This document shows positions 27,892 through 37,110 of a stretch of 64,000 nt of DNA, piece by piece; the first letter of the stretch is position 1, and each line of letters begins with the position of its first letter. Location of the stretch: positions 288,001 through 352,000 of the forward strand of contig CAXXVD010000001.1 of assembly GCA_963662335.2 (NCBI GenBank). Direction: 5' to 3'. Position numbers and translations under genes: made by a program. Source of the stretch: Chloroflexota bacterium. Its GTDB lineage: Bacteria; Chloroflexota; UBA11872; VXOZ01. The notes under the pieces are model-generated. The model made no database searches. It was not told the origin of the DNA and saw nothing but the letters and a program-made list of their open reading frames with translations.

Positions 27892-29421
27892 GTGTCCACG
27901 CGGCTCTACGTAGCGGTATTGACAACCGGCATCCTTGCCGTTGTGCTGTGCGCAATGGCCGCGGCCGCCTACGGCGCGCTTGCCTACAGCCTGCGCGCGC
28001 AACTCGATGAGAGCATCGCCGCCGAGGGCGAGCAGCTAAGCCACTTCTTCTTGGCCGCAGCAGACTCGCCGTTCGCCGGCAATGCCTTGCCGGTCTCCGC
28101 GTCCCCGTTTGAAGCGGTTGCGCCGTCCGGTTCGGCTTTCCGGCTGGTGGCGGCGGACGGCCGCGTGTTGGCCCAATCGGCCGGCAGCGTCAACGCTCCC
28201 CTGGGCCGCAGCGCCTACGGCGCGGGCGGGGCGGGCCTGACCGCGGCCGCTTTTGAAACCGTTACCCAGGTCGGCGCGCGCTACCGCGTCTACTCCCTGC
28301 CGCTGCTCCTGCCCGCCCACGCGCCGGGCGTGCTCCAGATAGCGCGGCCGCTGACGCCGGTGGAACGGACCCTCTCCCACCTGCGCCTCGTGCTCATTGC
28401 CGGGGCGGGCGTTGGGTTGCTGGCGGCGGTGGGCATCGGCCTGCTGGTCGCCCACGTGGCGGCCAAGCCCATCGAAGACGTAGCCAGCGCCACCGCCCGC
28501 ATTCGCGCCTTTGGCGCGCAAGACGAACGCCTCGCCGTGCCGGGACATCTCCAGGAACCGCATTGGCTGGCGCAAAGCCTCAACCGGTTGCTCGATCGGG
28601 TCGCGCTGGCGGAAGAAGCGGCGGGCGAGGCGGACTCCGCCGGGGACGCGGCGCAGCGAGCGCGCCAGGAGCAGCGCGCGCAGGTTACGGCCTACGTCCA
28701 GCAGCAATTGGGACGGCTGCTCGCCGAGCAGCGCAGCCTGAATGAGTTTCTGCGAACGGAATTGCGGCCGGATGACGCCCGCGCGGGCGCGCCGGAATCT
28801 CAAGAACACGGCGCGCTGCAAGGCTTCTTGCGCACCGAGCCGCGCCGCTGGACCGAGGCCTACGATGACGTAGTGGCGTGGTTGGAAGCGCAGTCGGACG
28901 CGCTGGAGCGCTGGCTTGAGCGCCTGCCGCTCGCCCTTGGCGCGGGGGAAGAATCCCCGGTTGGGCACGCCGCGGTCTCACTGGCGCCGTTGCTCGCGCA
29001 GATTTGCCGGTCTCCGCGCGCCAATAGCGAAAAGCCTCTGGAGATAGCGTACCAACCAGAGGGCGCGCCGGTGGTGCGCGGCGAGCCCCGCAGCCTGCGC
29101 ATTGCCCTCGCCACGCTGGTGGAGCACGCCCGCGACCGCACGCTGCCGGGCGGCACGGTGAGCGTCCACCTGCGCTGCGACGAGCATACCGTCACGTTGT
29201 CGGTCGCCGATGCCGGACCGGACATCGCGCCGGACGACCTGCCGCGCGTCTTCGCGCACGCGTACGAGGCAGGAAACTCGGCCGGCGACCGCCGCCTCGG
29301 CCTGCCGTTCGCACACGACGTCATCGTGCGGCACGGCGGCGCGATTGCGCTCGAAAGCGCGCCGGGCGAAGGCGCCACGTTCACCGTGCGCTTGCCCCGG
29401 GACGGAAACGGTGGAATATAA
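27892..29421 (+). CDS. Sensor histidine kinase-like membrane protein with degenerate H- and N-boxes
   Basis: Two TM helices, HAMP, HATPase-like C-terminus (VADAGPDI, HGGAI...GATFTVRLP) but no SHELRTP or N-box Asn. Confidence 0.75.
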   Translation: MSTRLYVAVLTTGILAVVLCAMAAAAYGALAYSLRAQLDESIAAEGEQLSHFFLAAADSPFAGNALPVSASPFEAVAPSGSAFRLVAADGRVLAQSAGSVNAPLGRSAYGAGGAGLTAAAFETVTQVGARYRVYSLPLLLPAHAPGVLQIARPLTPVERTLSHLRLVLIAGAGVGLLAAVGIGLLVAHVAAKPIEDVASATARIRAFGAQDERLAVPGHLQEPHWLAQSLNRLLDRVALAEEAAGEADSAGDAAQRARQEQRAQVTAYVQQQLGRLLAEQRSLNEFLRTELRPDDARAGAPESQEHGALQGFLRTEPRRWTEAYDDVVAWLEAQSDALERWLERLPLALGAGEESPVGHAAVSLAPLLAQICRSPRANSEKPLEIAYQPEGAPVVRGEPRSLRIALATLVEHARDRTLPGGTVSVHLRCDEHTVTLSVADAGPDIAPDDLPRVFAHAYEAGNSAGDRRLGLPFAHDVIVRHGGAIALESAPGEGATFTVRLPRDGNGGI

Positions 29422-30790
29422 GCCGTACGATCCGCTGCGCGGGGGCAAGCGGACGTGGCGGAGCCGCCTGCTGGTGCCGGGGGCAATCGGCGTTCTGCTG
29501 CTGGTGGTAGCCGCCGGCGCCGCGCTGACCGTGATTGGCGTCATGCGCCTGCTGGACAGTCCCGGCGCGGACACAACGGAAAACCGGCCCATCGTCCCGC
29601 TGCCCACCGTTGCGCCCACGCCTGCGCCCACTGCCGTGCCTACCGTCGCCCCCACCGCCGTGCCGACAGTCCCGCCGACTCCGGTTCCCACCGCCGCGCC
29701 GGCGCCAACTCCCGCGCCAGCGCCGACGGCCGCAGTCGCAGATAGCGTTGGCAACCCAATCGCGGACGTGTTCCTCCGGCTCAAGGGCAGCGTGGTGCGC
29801 ATCTCTACGGCGTCCGCGAACGTCGGCATCGGCCAGCCGTACGGCGAGGCCGGTTCCGGCTTCGTGATCGATGAAGACGGGCACATCCTGACGAACTACC
29901 ATGTCATCCAGGACGGCCGGGACCTCTACCTCACCCTGGACGACGGCACGCCGCTCACGGCGCGGCTCGTCGGCGTTGATCCAGGCTCGGACGTGGCACT
30001 GCTCCGGGCCGACATTCCGGCGGATAAGCTGGTAGTCGCGCCGCTTGGCTCCTCCGCCGGGGTCAGAGTTGGCGACCAGGTGATCGCCATCGGCAGCCAA
30101 TTCTTCGTCTACCAGAACACCATGACACCGGGCTACGTCTCCGGCCTGGGACGCCACTACGCCTTTTCCGGCCGCACGATTACGGGCATGATCCAGAGCA
30201 ACGCGGCCATCAACCGGGGGAGTTCCGGCGGGCCGCTCATCGACTTGGCGAAGGGCGAGGTGGTGGGCATCAACACGGCCATCCGGGGCACCACCTTTGC
30301 CGGCATCGCGCTGGCGCTGCCCATCGACCGCATCAAGCGCATTCTGCCCGACCTGCTAGCCGGCGAGACGCCGAAGCACGCCTGGCTGCCCGTCCACGGC
30401 GCCAGCATTACGCCGCAACTCGCGGCGCAATGCAAGTTGCCCGTAGACTACGGCGTCATCGTCTACGGCATCCTGCCGGGTTCGACGCTCACCGCCGAAA
30501 CTGATGTAACGAAGACGTTCAAGACCGGCGCCAACGGCGACATCATCGTCGGCATTGACGACCGCGCCGTGAGAGCGCTCAATGACCTGAGCGAGTACCT
30601 CGACACCCACAAGCAGCCCGGCGACGTTGTCGAATTGCGAGTCTACCGCGAGCGCAAGACCAACGAACTCTTGACGATAACGCTGGAAGAGTGGCCGAAC
30701 AAGGACGTGCAACCCTTGAGGCGGGTCGTAGACTGCTCCCAACCAACGAGCGCGCGGACTAGCGCGCTAACGGTCGGCAGGAAGATCTGA
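29411..30790 (+). CDS. HtrA/DegP-like serine protease with PDZ domain, membrane anchored
   Basis: GSGF, TNYHV, SDVAL, AAINRGSSGGPL; Pro/Thr linker; GTG start overlaps upstream gene. Confidence 0.9.
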   Translation: MEYKPYDPLRGGKRTWRSRLLVPGAIGVLLLVVAAGAALTVIGVMRLLDSPGADTTENRPIVPLPTVAPTPAPTAVPTVAPTAVPTVPPTPVPTAAPAPTPAPAPTAAVADSVGNPIADVFLRLKGSVVRISTASANVGIGQPYGEAGSGFVIDEDGHILTNYHVIQDGRDLYLTLDDGTPLTARLVGVDPGSDVALLRADIPADKLVVAPLGSSAGVRVGDQVIAIGSQFFVYQNTMTPGYVSGLGRHYAFSGRTITGMIQSNAAINRGSSGGPLIDLAKGEVVGINTAIRGTTFAGIALALPIDRIKRILPDLLAGETPKHAWLPVHGASITPQLAAQCKLPVDYGVIVYGILPGSTLTAETDVTKTFKTGANGDIIVGIDDRAVRALNDLSEYLDTHKQPGDVVELRVYRERKTNELLTITLEEWPNKDVQPLRRVVDCSQPTSARTSALTVGRKI

Positions 30791-31996
30791 CCCCCGCAGG
30801 ATGCGCGCCGCCTGCAAGGTCAAGAGCACCGTGCCGAAATTGAGCGCGCCGGCCAACACAAAGGGAACCGGCGCGGCCAGCCCGATGAGCACGCCGGCCG
30901 CCATCGTGCCGCCCAGATTGCCGAACGTCCACGCCGCCTCGGTGATGGCGGTGAGACGCCCTTGCTCGTGCCCCTCGCCCGAGACGCGCACGAGCGACGG
31001 CATCAGAGACGCCAGCCACTGGCCGCCCAGGCTGGTGAAGATCGCCGACGCGGCCAGCAACAGCGCATCGTCCACGAAGAGCGCGCAGCCCAGCGGGCCG
31101 AGAGCAAGCGTGAGACTGCTGGCGATCACCGGCGCGGCCCTGCCAATGCGATCGGAAAGCCAACCGACAACGAGTCCGGTAGACCCCGTCACCAACGCGC
31201 TGAGCGTGGCGTACAGGGCCACCGCCGTTACCGACTCCGTCAGGCGAAAGATGAGCAGCGGCAGCAGCACCGAACTCGTGCCAAGCCACCACGTGGGGAG
31301 AAAGCGAATGCCGATGAGGCGCAGGATGAGCGGCCGCCGCCACAAGTCCTGATAGGAGCGCAGCATCTCCCACGCGGACGACTGCTGGATCTGTTCCAGG
31401 CGGATTTGCGGCAGGAAGAGCACGCCGAAGAACACCAGCAGGAGATTGCCCGCCAACATCCCGATGCCCAAGGCGCGAAAGCCAAGTTGATCGGCTATAG
31501 GCCCCGCCGCCGCGTTGCCCAGCGCGCTGCCGATGGTTGGCCCGGCAAAGTAGAGCGCCCCCATCAATCCCATGCTCCCCAGCGGCGCGACCAGGGCCAG
31601 GTACGCGCGGGACGACGTGGTGCGCAGCGTGAAGAGCGCGCCGTAGAGCAGCGCCAGGAGCACCAGCAGCCGCGTGTCCGACACCATGAACATCAGCCCG
31701 CCGATGCTCACCGCCGTCATGCCCAGCAGCAGCAGGTACTTGGCGCCAACCCGGTCCGCCAACATGCCGCCGATGAAGAGAATGGCAAGCCGGATGGTGT
31801 TCTGCAAGGAGAAGAGCGTGGACGTGAGAATGGGCGAGCCGCCGAGCACTTTCTCCACATAAACGGGAAACAACGTGCGGCCGGGCGTGCCCAGCGTGGA
31901 GTTGAGGAAGAAGATCGCCAGAAAGAGAATAAGCGGCTTGAGATAGCGGTGTTCCGAGAGAGGGGAACGTGGGGCTGCGTTGTCGGGTGAGGCCAT
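30767..31996 (-). CDS. MFS transporter
   Basis: GMLADRVGAK and GWLSDRIGR motif A; about 12 hydrophobic segments. Confidence 0.88.
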   Translation of the reverse strand: MASPDNAAPRSPLSEHRYLKPLILFLAIFFLNSTLGTPGRTLFPVYVEKVLGGSPILTSTLFSLQNTIRLAILFIGGMLADRVGAKYLLLLGMTAVSIGGLMFMVSDTRLLVLLALLYGALFTLRTTSSRAYLALVAPLGSMGLMGALYFAGPTIGSALGNAAAGPIADQLGFRALGIGMLAGNLLLVFFGVLFLPQIRLEQIQQSSAWEMLRSYQDLWRRPLILRLIGIRFLPTWWLGTSSVLLPLLIFRLTESVTAVALYATLSALVTGSTGLVVGWLSDRIGRAAPVIASSLTLALGPLGCALFVDDALLLAASAIFTSLGGQWLASLMPSLVRVSGEGHEQGRLTAITEAAWTFGNLGGTMAAGVLIGLAAPVPFVLAGALNFGTVLLTLQAARILRGSDLPADR

Positions 31997-32014
31997 GCGC
32001 CTGTTTCAGGAGTC

Positions 32015-32048
32015 CCCTCTCCCTTGACGGGAGAGGGTTAGGGTGAGG
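32015..32048. repeat. Palindrome family E (CCCTCTCCC..GGGAGAGGG TTAGGGTGAGG)
   Basis: 9-bp stem hairpin plus tail; relatives near 21715 and split at 48858/49039. Confidence 0.65.
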
Positions 32049-32056
32049 ATGATTCT

Positions 32057-32251
32057 CAATTCTGTCGCATTAGACAGATCGACTGCAAGACTCGCGTACA
32101 AGCTCTCCGGTAGCGCAGGTTTGTAACCTGCGTCTTGGCAGGGCCAAGATGTCGGCGTCGTCTGCCGGAGGGAGATTTGCGGCGATCGCCCTTTGTGCCT
32201 TGCACACCGGCGGGGGACAAGCCCCCGCGCTACGTCCATACGACGGCATTG
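32057..32251 (+). mobile_element. MITE-2 complete copy, 195 bp, imperfect TIRs, 10-bp TSD
   Basis: TIRs CAATTCTGTCGCATT / reverse complement CAATGCCGTCGTATG; flanks GGATGATTCT and GGGTGATTCT; carries REP-B (32110) and REP-A (32210-32233). Confidence 0.78.
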
Positions 32252-32404
32252 GGGTGATTCTTGCTGCTACAACCGCCTTGCCACACTTTGGTCGCCGGCT
32301 TTACCCCTCGCGCCGGCGCAGGTTACAAACCCGCGCTACCGAAAAAATAGCGGCCACCAACCTAAATCCACTGACGTTACCACAAAGACTGCGTGTCACT
32401 GTCC

Positions 32405-32636
32405 GTCATTCCAAGCGCACCAACATCATTCCGAGCGCGCCCACGTCATTCCGAGCGCACCCACGTCATTCCGAGCGCACCCACGTCATTCCGAGCGCAC
32501 CCACGTCATTCCGAGCGCGTCCACGTCATTATGAGCGCACCCACGTCATTCCGAGCGCAGCGAGGAATCTAGAGCGCTGAGGCCATCCGACTGCGTGCGG
32601 CATGGGCACGAGATTCCTCGCCGCGCTCGGAATGAC
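32405..32636. repeat. 7 x 20-bp tandem repeat of REP-C head followed by complete REP-C doublet (32545-32636)
   Basis: gtcattccgagcgcacccac units every 20 bp from 32405. Confidence 0.93.
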
Positions 32637-32712
32637 ATGAGGAGTCAAGTGGCCAAGGAATGCGTCAATACGCGCAGGCACGACATCGGCTCCGTGTCCG
32701 CTTGGGCCTTCA

Positions 32713-33738
32713 CTACACGACTATATCTACCGCTTCACCGTTCTTCTCCAGCGACTCATATATCGCCCACGTCACGGCCAGCGCGATGCGCCCGTCCTCC
32801 GCGCTCGCCAGCACCGGCTCCTCGCCGCGGATTGCCCGTATCGCGTGTTGGGTCAAGAGCAACTGGGTGTCGCCGGTGTACGGCCCGAACTCTTCGACGG
32901 CGCCGCCTTCGCGCAGGATCTTGAAGCCGGCGCTGGGGCGGCCCGGCGCCAGCGCGCCCTGCGGACCGAGGATGTCGTCCATCCGCCCCGGCGGCTGCAC
33001 GCCCGGCGGCAAGCCCCACGAGATGCTGAACGCCGCCAGGTCGCCGCTGCCGTACTCCAGCGCCACCGTCGCCGTATCCGGCGCTTTGTGCTCGAAGTGG
33101 GCGATTTCCGGCCGGTCCTGGGCGAACGTAAACCCGTGGGCGCTCACCCGCACCGGGTCCGTGCCGGTGAGCCAGCGCCAGTAATCGTAGTAGTGGGTCA
33201 TGAAATCGTTGAGCGGGCCGCCGTTGCCCCGGTCCATGTCGTGCATGGCCAGTTTGGGACGGATGTGGGTGGCGGAATGCAGGCGGAACATCAGCGGGCC
33301 GCCGAGCGCCCGCTCGCGGATGCACTGCCGCACCGCAGCCGGAGCGTCGCCAAAGCGGCTCTGGTAGTTGACCACGTAGACGACGCCGGCCGTCTCCAGC
33401 GCCGCAATCATGCGGTCGGCCTGGTCCAGCCGCATGGCAATCGGCTTTTCGCTGAGCATGTGCTTGCCGCGCGCGGCGGCAAAGAGCGTGACCTCTTCGT
33501 GATAGTAGGCCGGCGTGCAGATGGAGACCACGTCGACGTCGTCGCGTCCCACCGCGTCGCGATAGTCGCTGAAGACGTGCGGCGCGTCATAGGCCGCGGC
33601 AAGCTCCCGCGCGCGGTCCTCCAGCACGTCCACCACCGCGACTACTTCCGCCTCGCCGGACGCCGTCCACGCCTTGGCGTGGGCATTGCCCCGCGCGCCG
33701 GTGCCGACGATACAGACGCGATACTTGTCGTTAGCCAT
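32713..33738 (-). CDS. Gfo/Idh/MocA family oxidoreductase
   Basis: IVGTGARG, GKHMLSEKP, GGPLND...H..D. Confidence 0.92.
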   Translation of the reverse strand: MANDKYRVCIVGTGARGNAHAKAWTASGEAEVVAVVDVLEDRARELAAAYDAPHVFSDYRDAVGRDDVDVVSICTPAYYHEEVTLFAAARGKHMLSEKPIAMRLDQADRMIAALETAGVVYVVNYQSRFGDAPAAVRQCIRERALGGPLMFRLHSATHIRPKLAMHDMDRGNGGPLNDFMTHYYDYWRWLTGTDPVRVSAHGFTFAQDRPEIAHFEHKAPDTATVALEYGSGDLAAFSISWGLPPGVQPPGRMDDILGPQGALAPGRPSAGFKILREGGAVEEFGPYTGDTQLLLTQHAIRAIRGEEPVLASAEDGRIALAVTWAIYESLEKNGEAVDIVV

Positions 33739-33961
33739 ATGCTGTGCCGCTCCTCTCCGTCAATCTCGTACCTGTCGTTCTCACAGCTCGGTTCTTACAA
33801 GGAATAGTCCCGTGCCTGAGTTGCAGTCTTCTCTCCTGCCGCATGTGCTCTAGCATGGGACTTGCCAGCATGTATGTCAACGCGGAGCGGGAAGCCGGTC
33901 TGTTAGTATAATTGGGATAGTACTCTGACTGGCGCCGATCATTCCCATCGAGGAGAACAAG

Positions 33962-34351
33962 ATGTCCATCAACGCCACGTTCAAGATAACAGGCTGGGAC
34001 GAAGAGCCGTTTGACGAACCGGAGGACGGGCCGAAGCTGACCCGGGCGCACATAACGAAGTCTTTGCACGGTGATCTGTCCGGGACAGGCAACCTCATGT
34101 ACGTAATGACGTATCTGGACATTGGCAACGCCTCGTTCATCGGTTTCGAGAAGGTTGTAGGCAGCTTAGGTGGGCGGACAGGCAGTTTCGTGCTCCGGCA
34201 CACCGGGTCTTACGACGGCGAAAAGGCCACGGCCGAGTACGAGGTGGTACCAGGGTCGGGCACCGGCGAGCTCACCGGGCTTGCGGGCACTGGCGGGTTC
34301 TCCGCCGGAGATGCCGCGGAGCACGACATGACGTTCGACTATGAGGTTTAA
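33962..34351 (+). CDS. DUF3224 family protein
   Basis: GSLGGRTGSFVLRH, VVPGSGTGELTGL.G; GAGGAG RBS. Confidence 0.88.
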   Translation: MSINATFKITGWDEEPFDEPEDGPKLTRAHITKSLHGDLSGTGNLMYVMTYLDIGNASFIGFEKVVGSLGGRTGSFVLRHTGSYDGEKATAEYEVVPGSGTGELTGLAGTGGFSAGDAAEHDMTFDYEV

Positions 34352-34469
34352 CTCGCACCCCGCAGTCGGCTGATGCCTGGAAGCCGCTAGCGTTCAAGAA
34401 CCCCTCTTCGCAGAACAAACGAGTGGGCCGGCGGCAGGAAATGACTTACTCGCACAATAGCCAACCACA

Positions 34470-35648
34470 TTACCACCGCGGCCGCATGGGCAGCCAATTC
34501 GGATCGCGCTCTTGCATAGCGGACACGTCGTCTCTTCCCGCCGCCTTGTTCTGCACGTAACGCTCGTGGGCCGCCTGCAAACGGTCGTCGTCCAACTCCA
34601 CGCCCAGTCCCGGCCCGGTGGGCACCGGAAACGCGCCGTCGATGAATTGCAGCGGCGCGCCCTGCACGATGTCGTCGTCCTCATTCCACGGGTAGTGTGT
34701 GTCCGAAGCGTAGATGAGGTTCGGCGCGGCGGCGGCCCAATGGGTCATGGCCGCCAGGGAAATCCCCGTGTGGCTGTTGCTGTGCTGCGAGAGGCCCAGG
34801 CGAAACGTCTCGCAAATCTTCGCCAGTTGGAGCGAGGCCAACATGCCGCCCCAGTGGTGGTGATCGGCCAGCACTACCTGCACCGCGTCCATCTCTACGG
34901 CCGGCGCGACGTGGGGAAAGGCGGTGACCACCATATTCGTAGACAAGGGAATCGGCGTCGCCTGCGCCACGGCCGCCATGCCGGCCAGGTCCGGCGCCGG
35001 GTCCTCAAGATACTCCAGGTCCAGGTCTTCCACCCAACCGGCGAAGCGGATGCTGGTCTCCACCGACCAGATGGCGTTCGGGTCGATGCGCAGTTCGTGT
35101 TCCGGGAAGCGCTCGCGCAGCAGATGCATGGTCTCCGCTTCCTCTGCCGGCGGCAGCACCCCGCCTTTCAGCTTGAGCGTCTGAAACCCGTAGCGGTCCA
35201 CGAACGTCTCCGCCTGAACCACAAGCTGCTCCGGACTCATCGCCTCGCCCCACTCGTCATCGCCTGCGTACTTGTAGAAGAGATAGGCCGAGTAGTCCAC
35301 AACGTCGCGTATCTTGCCGCCGAGCACGTCGCACACGGGCCGGCCGCTCTCCTTGCCCAGCAGGTCGAGCATGGCGGTCTCGTACGCGGCAAAGACCCCG
35401 GGATTGTTGATGAGGATGCGCGTGCGATTGAATTGGGCCGGGTCCTGGCCTCGCACGATGGCGGCGGCGCTTTGCAGTTTGCCCACGATCTCCTCGCCGC
35501 CGTAGGTCTCGCCCCAGCCCACTAAGCCGTCATCCGTTTCAAGCCGCACGATCGAGCGCAGCGCCACCGGCTCGTGCACGCCCCACGAATTGCGCAACGG
35601 CGGGTCGCTAAGAGCTATGGGGATTATGTCAACATCAACGATGCGCAT
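34470..35648 (-). CDS. Enolase superfamily, glucarate dehydratase-related
   Basis: YSAYLFYK, KLKGG, LRIDPN, YLEDP, STNM, HSNSH, DTHYPW. Confidence 0.88.
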   Translation of the reverse strand: MRIVDVDIIPIALSDPPLRNSWGVHEPVALRSIVRLETDDGLVGWGETYGGEEIVGKLQSAAAIVRGQDPAQFNRTRILINNPGVFAAYETAMLDLLGKESGRPVCDVLGGKIRDVVDYSAYLFYKYAGDDEWGEAMSPEQLVVQAETFVDRYGFQTLKLKGGVLPPAEEAETMHLLRERFPEHELRIDPNAIWSVETSIRFAGWVEDLDLEYLEDPAPDLAGMAAVAQATPIPLSTNMVVTAFPHVAPAVEMDAVQVVLADHHHWGGMLASLQLAKICETFRLGLSQHSNSHTGISLAAMTHWAAAAPNLIYASDTHYPWNEDDDIVQGAPLQFIDGAFPVPTGPGLGVELDDDRLQAAHERYVQNKAAGRDDVSAMQERDPNWLPMRPRW

Positions 35649-35739
35649 CGGTTTCTTCTCCTCAATTCCGCCAAACTGTACTGCTTGAAACTGTAAACGT
35701 CCGCTTGCCGGTGCACGCACTATCCATCAATTGCCTACC

Positions 35740-35819
35740 GTAGCGCGGGGGCTTGTCCCCCGCTCGGCACGCCATTCTCCCACGCCCATCGGATGGTTTC
35801 CCGCTTTCGCGGTAATGAC
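35740..35819. repeat. REP-A (35740-35763) plus degenerate REP-D arm (35794-35819)
   Basis: GTAGCGCGGGGGCTTGTCCCCCGC; TGGTTTCCCGCTTTCGCGGTAATGAC. Confidence 0.8.
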
Positions 35820-35849
35820 CGAACCTGTTCCGCTCTCTCCCCGTAGCGC

Positions 35850-36000
35850 GGTTGACAGGGTTAGGTATTTCATAGTCGACCTCACCTGTCATTCCGAACG
35901 GAGCGCAGCGGAGTGAGGAATCTAGAGTGCAGCCCTGCAAAACCAGCATCTCTAGATTCCTCGCTGCGCTCGGAATGACATCTTTGCTCCCCTGTCAGCC
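35850..36000 (+). mobile_element. MITE-1, 151 bp, 11-bp TIR, 7-bp TSD, inserted in REP-A
   Basis: GGTTGACAGGG...CCCTGTCAGCC flanked by GTAGCGC on both sides; contains REP-C doublet 35888-35979. Confidence 0.85.
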
Positions 36001-36074
36001 GTAGCGCGGGGGCTTGTCCCCCGCCTCTTGGCACGTAGCGAGAACCCGTTCCTTGGCCAGGCGATTCGCCTGCG

Positions 36075-36941
36075 CTAGAGCACTGACGAAAGCTCAACCC
36101 GCTCGCCAGTCTCGCCGGACTGCTTCGCCGCCACCAACATCGCAATAACCTCCAGCATTTCCGCGTGCGGGATTGGATTCTCCCGGGTCTGAATCATCCG
36201 CACCACCGCGCGCATCTGCTCGGCGTAGAAAAAGCTGGCGTCGCGCACGGAAATCTCAGCGGTTCCCTCCGTGCCGTAGACGTTGAGCAGGAACCCGTAG
36301 CGCGCCGTGCGGATAATCTGCATGGTGACCGCGCGGCCGTCGGCGTAGCGCACGTGGACGAGGTCGTATTCGTCGGTGTACTCGTTGCGCACCCACGCGA
36401 TGCCCGGCCCCATGACCGTGTAGAAGAGTTCCGCCGCGTGGATGCCGTAGTAGACGAGTTCATTCGGGCCGGTGGCCACGGCCACGCGCGTCTCGCCCAC
36501 CAGTTCCTCTTCCCGCGCCTTAAACTCGATGACTTCCCGCGCGTAGCGGAGCGCCGACGACGACATGAGCGGCGTATTGTGCGCCCGCGCCAGCCGCACC
36601 ATTTCTTTCGCGTGTTCGACACCGAGCGCGAAAGGCTTGTCCACGAACGTCGGCACGCCGGCCTCCAGGTACGGCCGCGCCAGTTCCAGGTGGGTGTCGC
36701 CGGGATCTTCCAGCACCAGCACGCCGTCGGCCTTGCCGATTGCCGCGGTCGGCTCGTCGAGCACGGTGTCCAACCCGTGCTCGGCCACGAATTCCTCCGC
36801 CGCCGCGCGGTCGCGGTCCCAGAGCATGGAAATGCGGGCCACACCGTTCAGGCCTACCCCGTTGGGATTCTCCTCATTGATTAGCTGGGAAAAAGAACGC
36901 GGATGCTGGGGGCTAAGTCCGATGATGGCGAGTTGGAGCAT
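36075..36941 (-). CDS. Gfo/Idh/MocA family oxidoreductase
   Basis: LAIIGL, PTFVDKPFA, SSSALRY, YGIH. Confidence 0.88.
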   Translation of the reverse strand: MLQLAIIGLSPQHPRSFSQLINEENPNGVGLNGVARISMLWDRDRAAAEEFVAEHGLDTVLDEPTAAIGKADGVLVLEDPGDTHLELARPYLEAGVPTFVDKPFALGVEHAKEMVRLARAHNTPLMSSSALRYAREVIEFKAREEELVGETRVAVATGPNELVYYGIHAAELFYTVMGPGIAWVRNEYTDEYDLVHVRYADGRAVTMQIIRTARYGFLLNVYGTEGTAEISVRDASFFYAEQMRAVVRMIQTRENPIPHAEMLEVIAMLVAAKQSGETGERVELSSVL

Positions 36942-37110
36942 GGGGCGCTTCCTTTCACGCAGTAGATCGCTTCGGGTTCCCTAGTGGATAGGACTAATGA
37001 TACTCTACTGCCAAATCGGGCGCACAGCCACGTTGGCAGGAGAATCAGCCAGCCGCAGTAGAGTGGTGACCGATCTGCAACTCTCCCATCAGTCACGCGC
37101 TCTCGCTTGG

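Noticed and set aside
32405-32570. Possible CRISPR or guide-RNA array, and ORFs 32149-32580 and 32193-32534
   Set aside because: Pure 20-bp tandem repeat with no spacers; the ORFs are translations of the repeat
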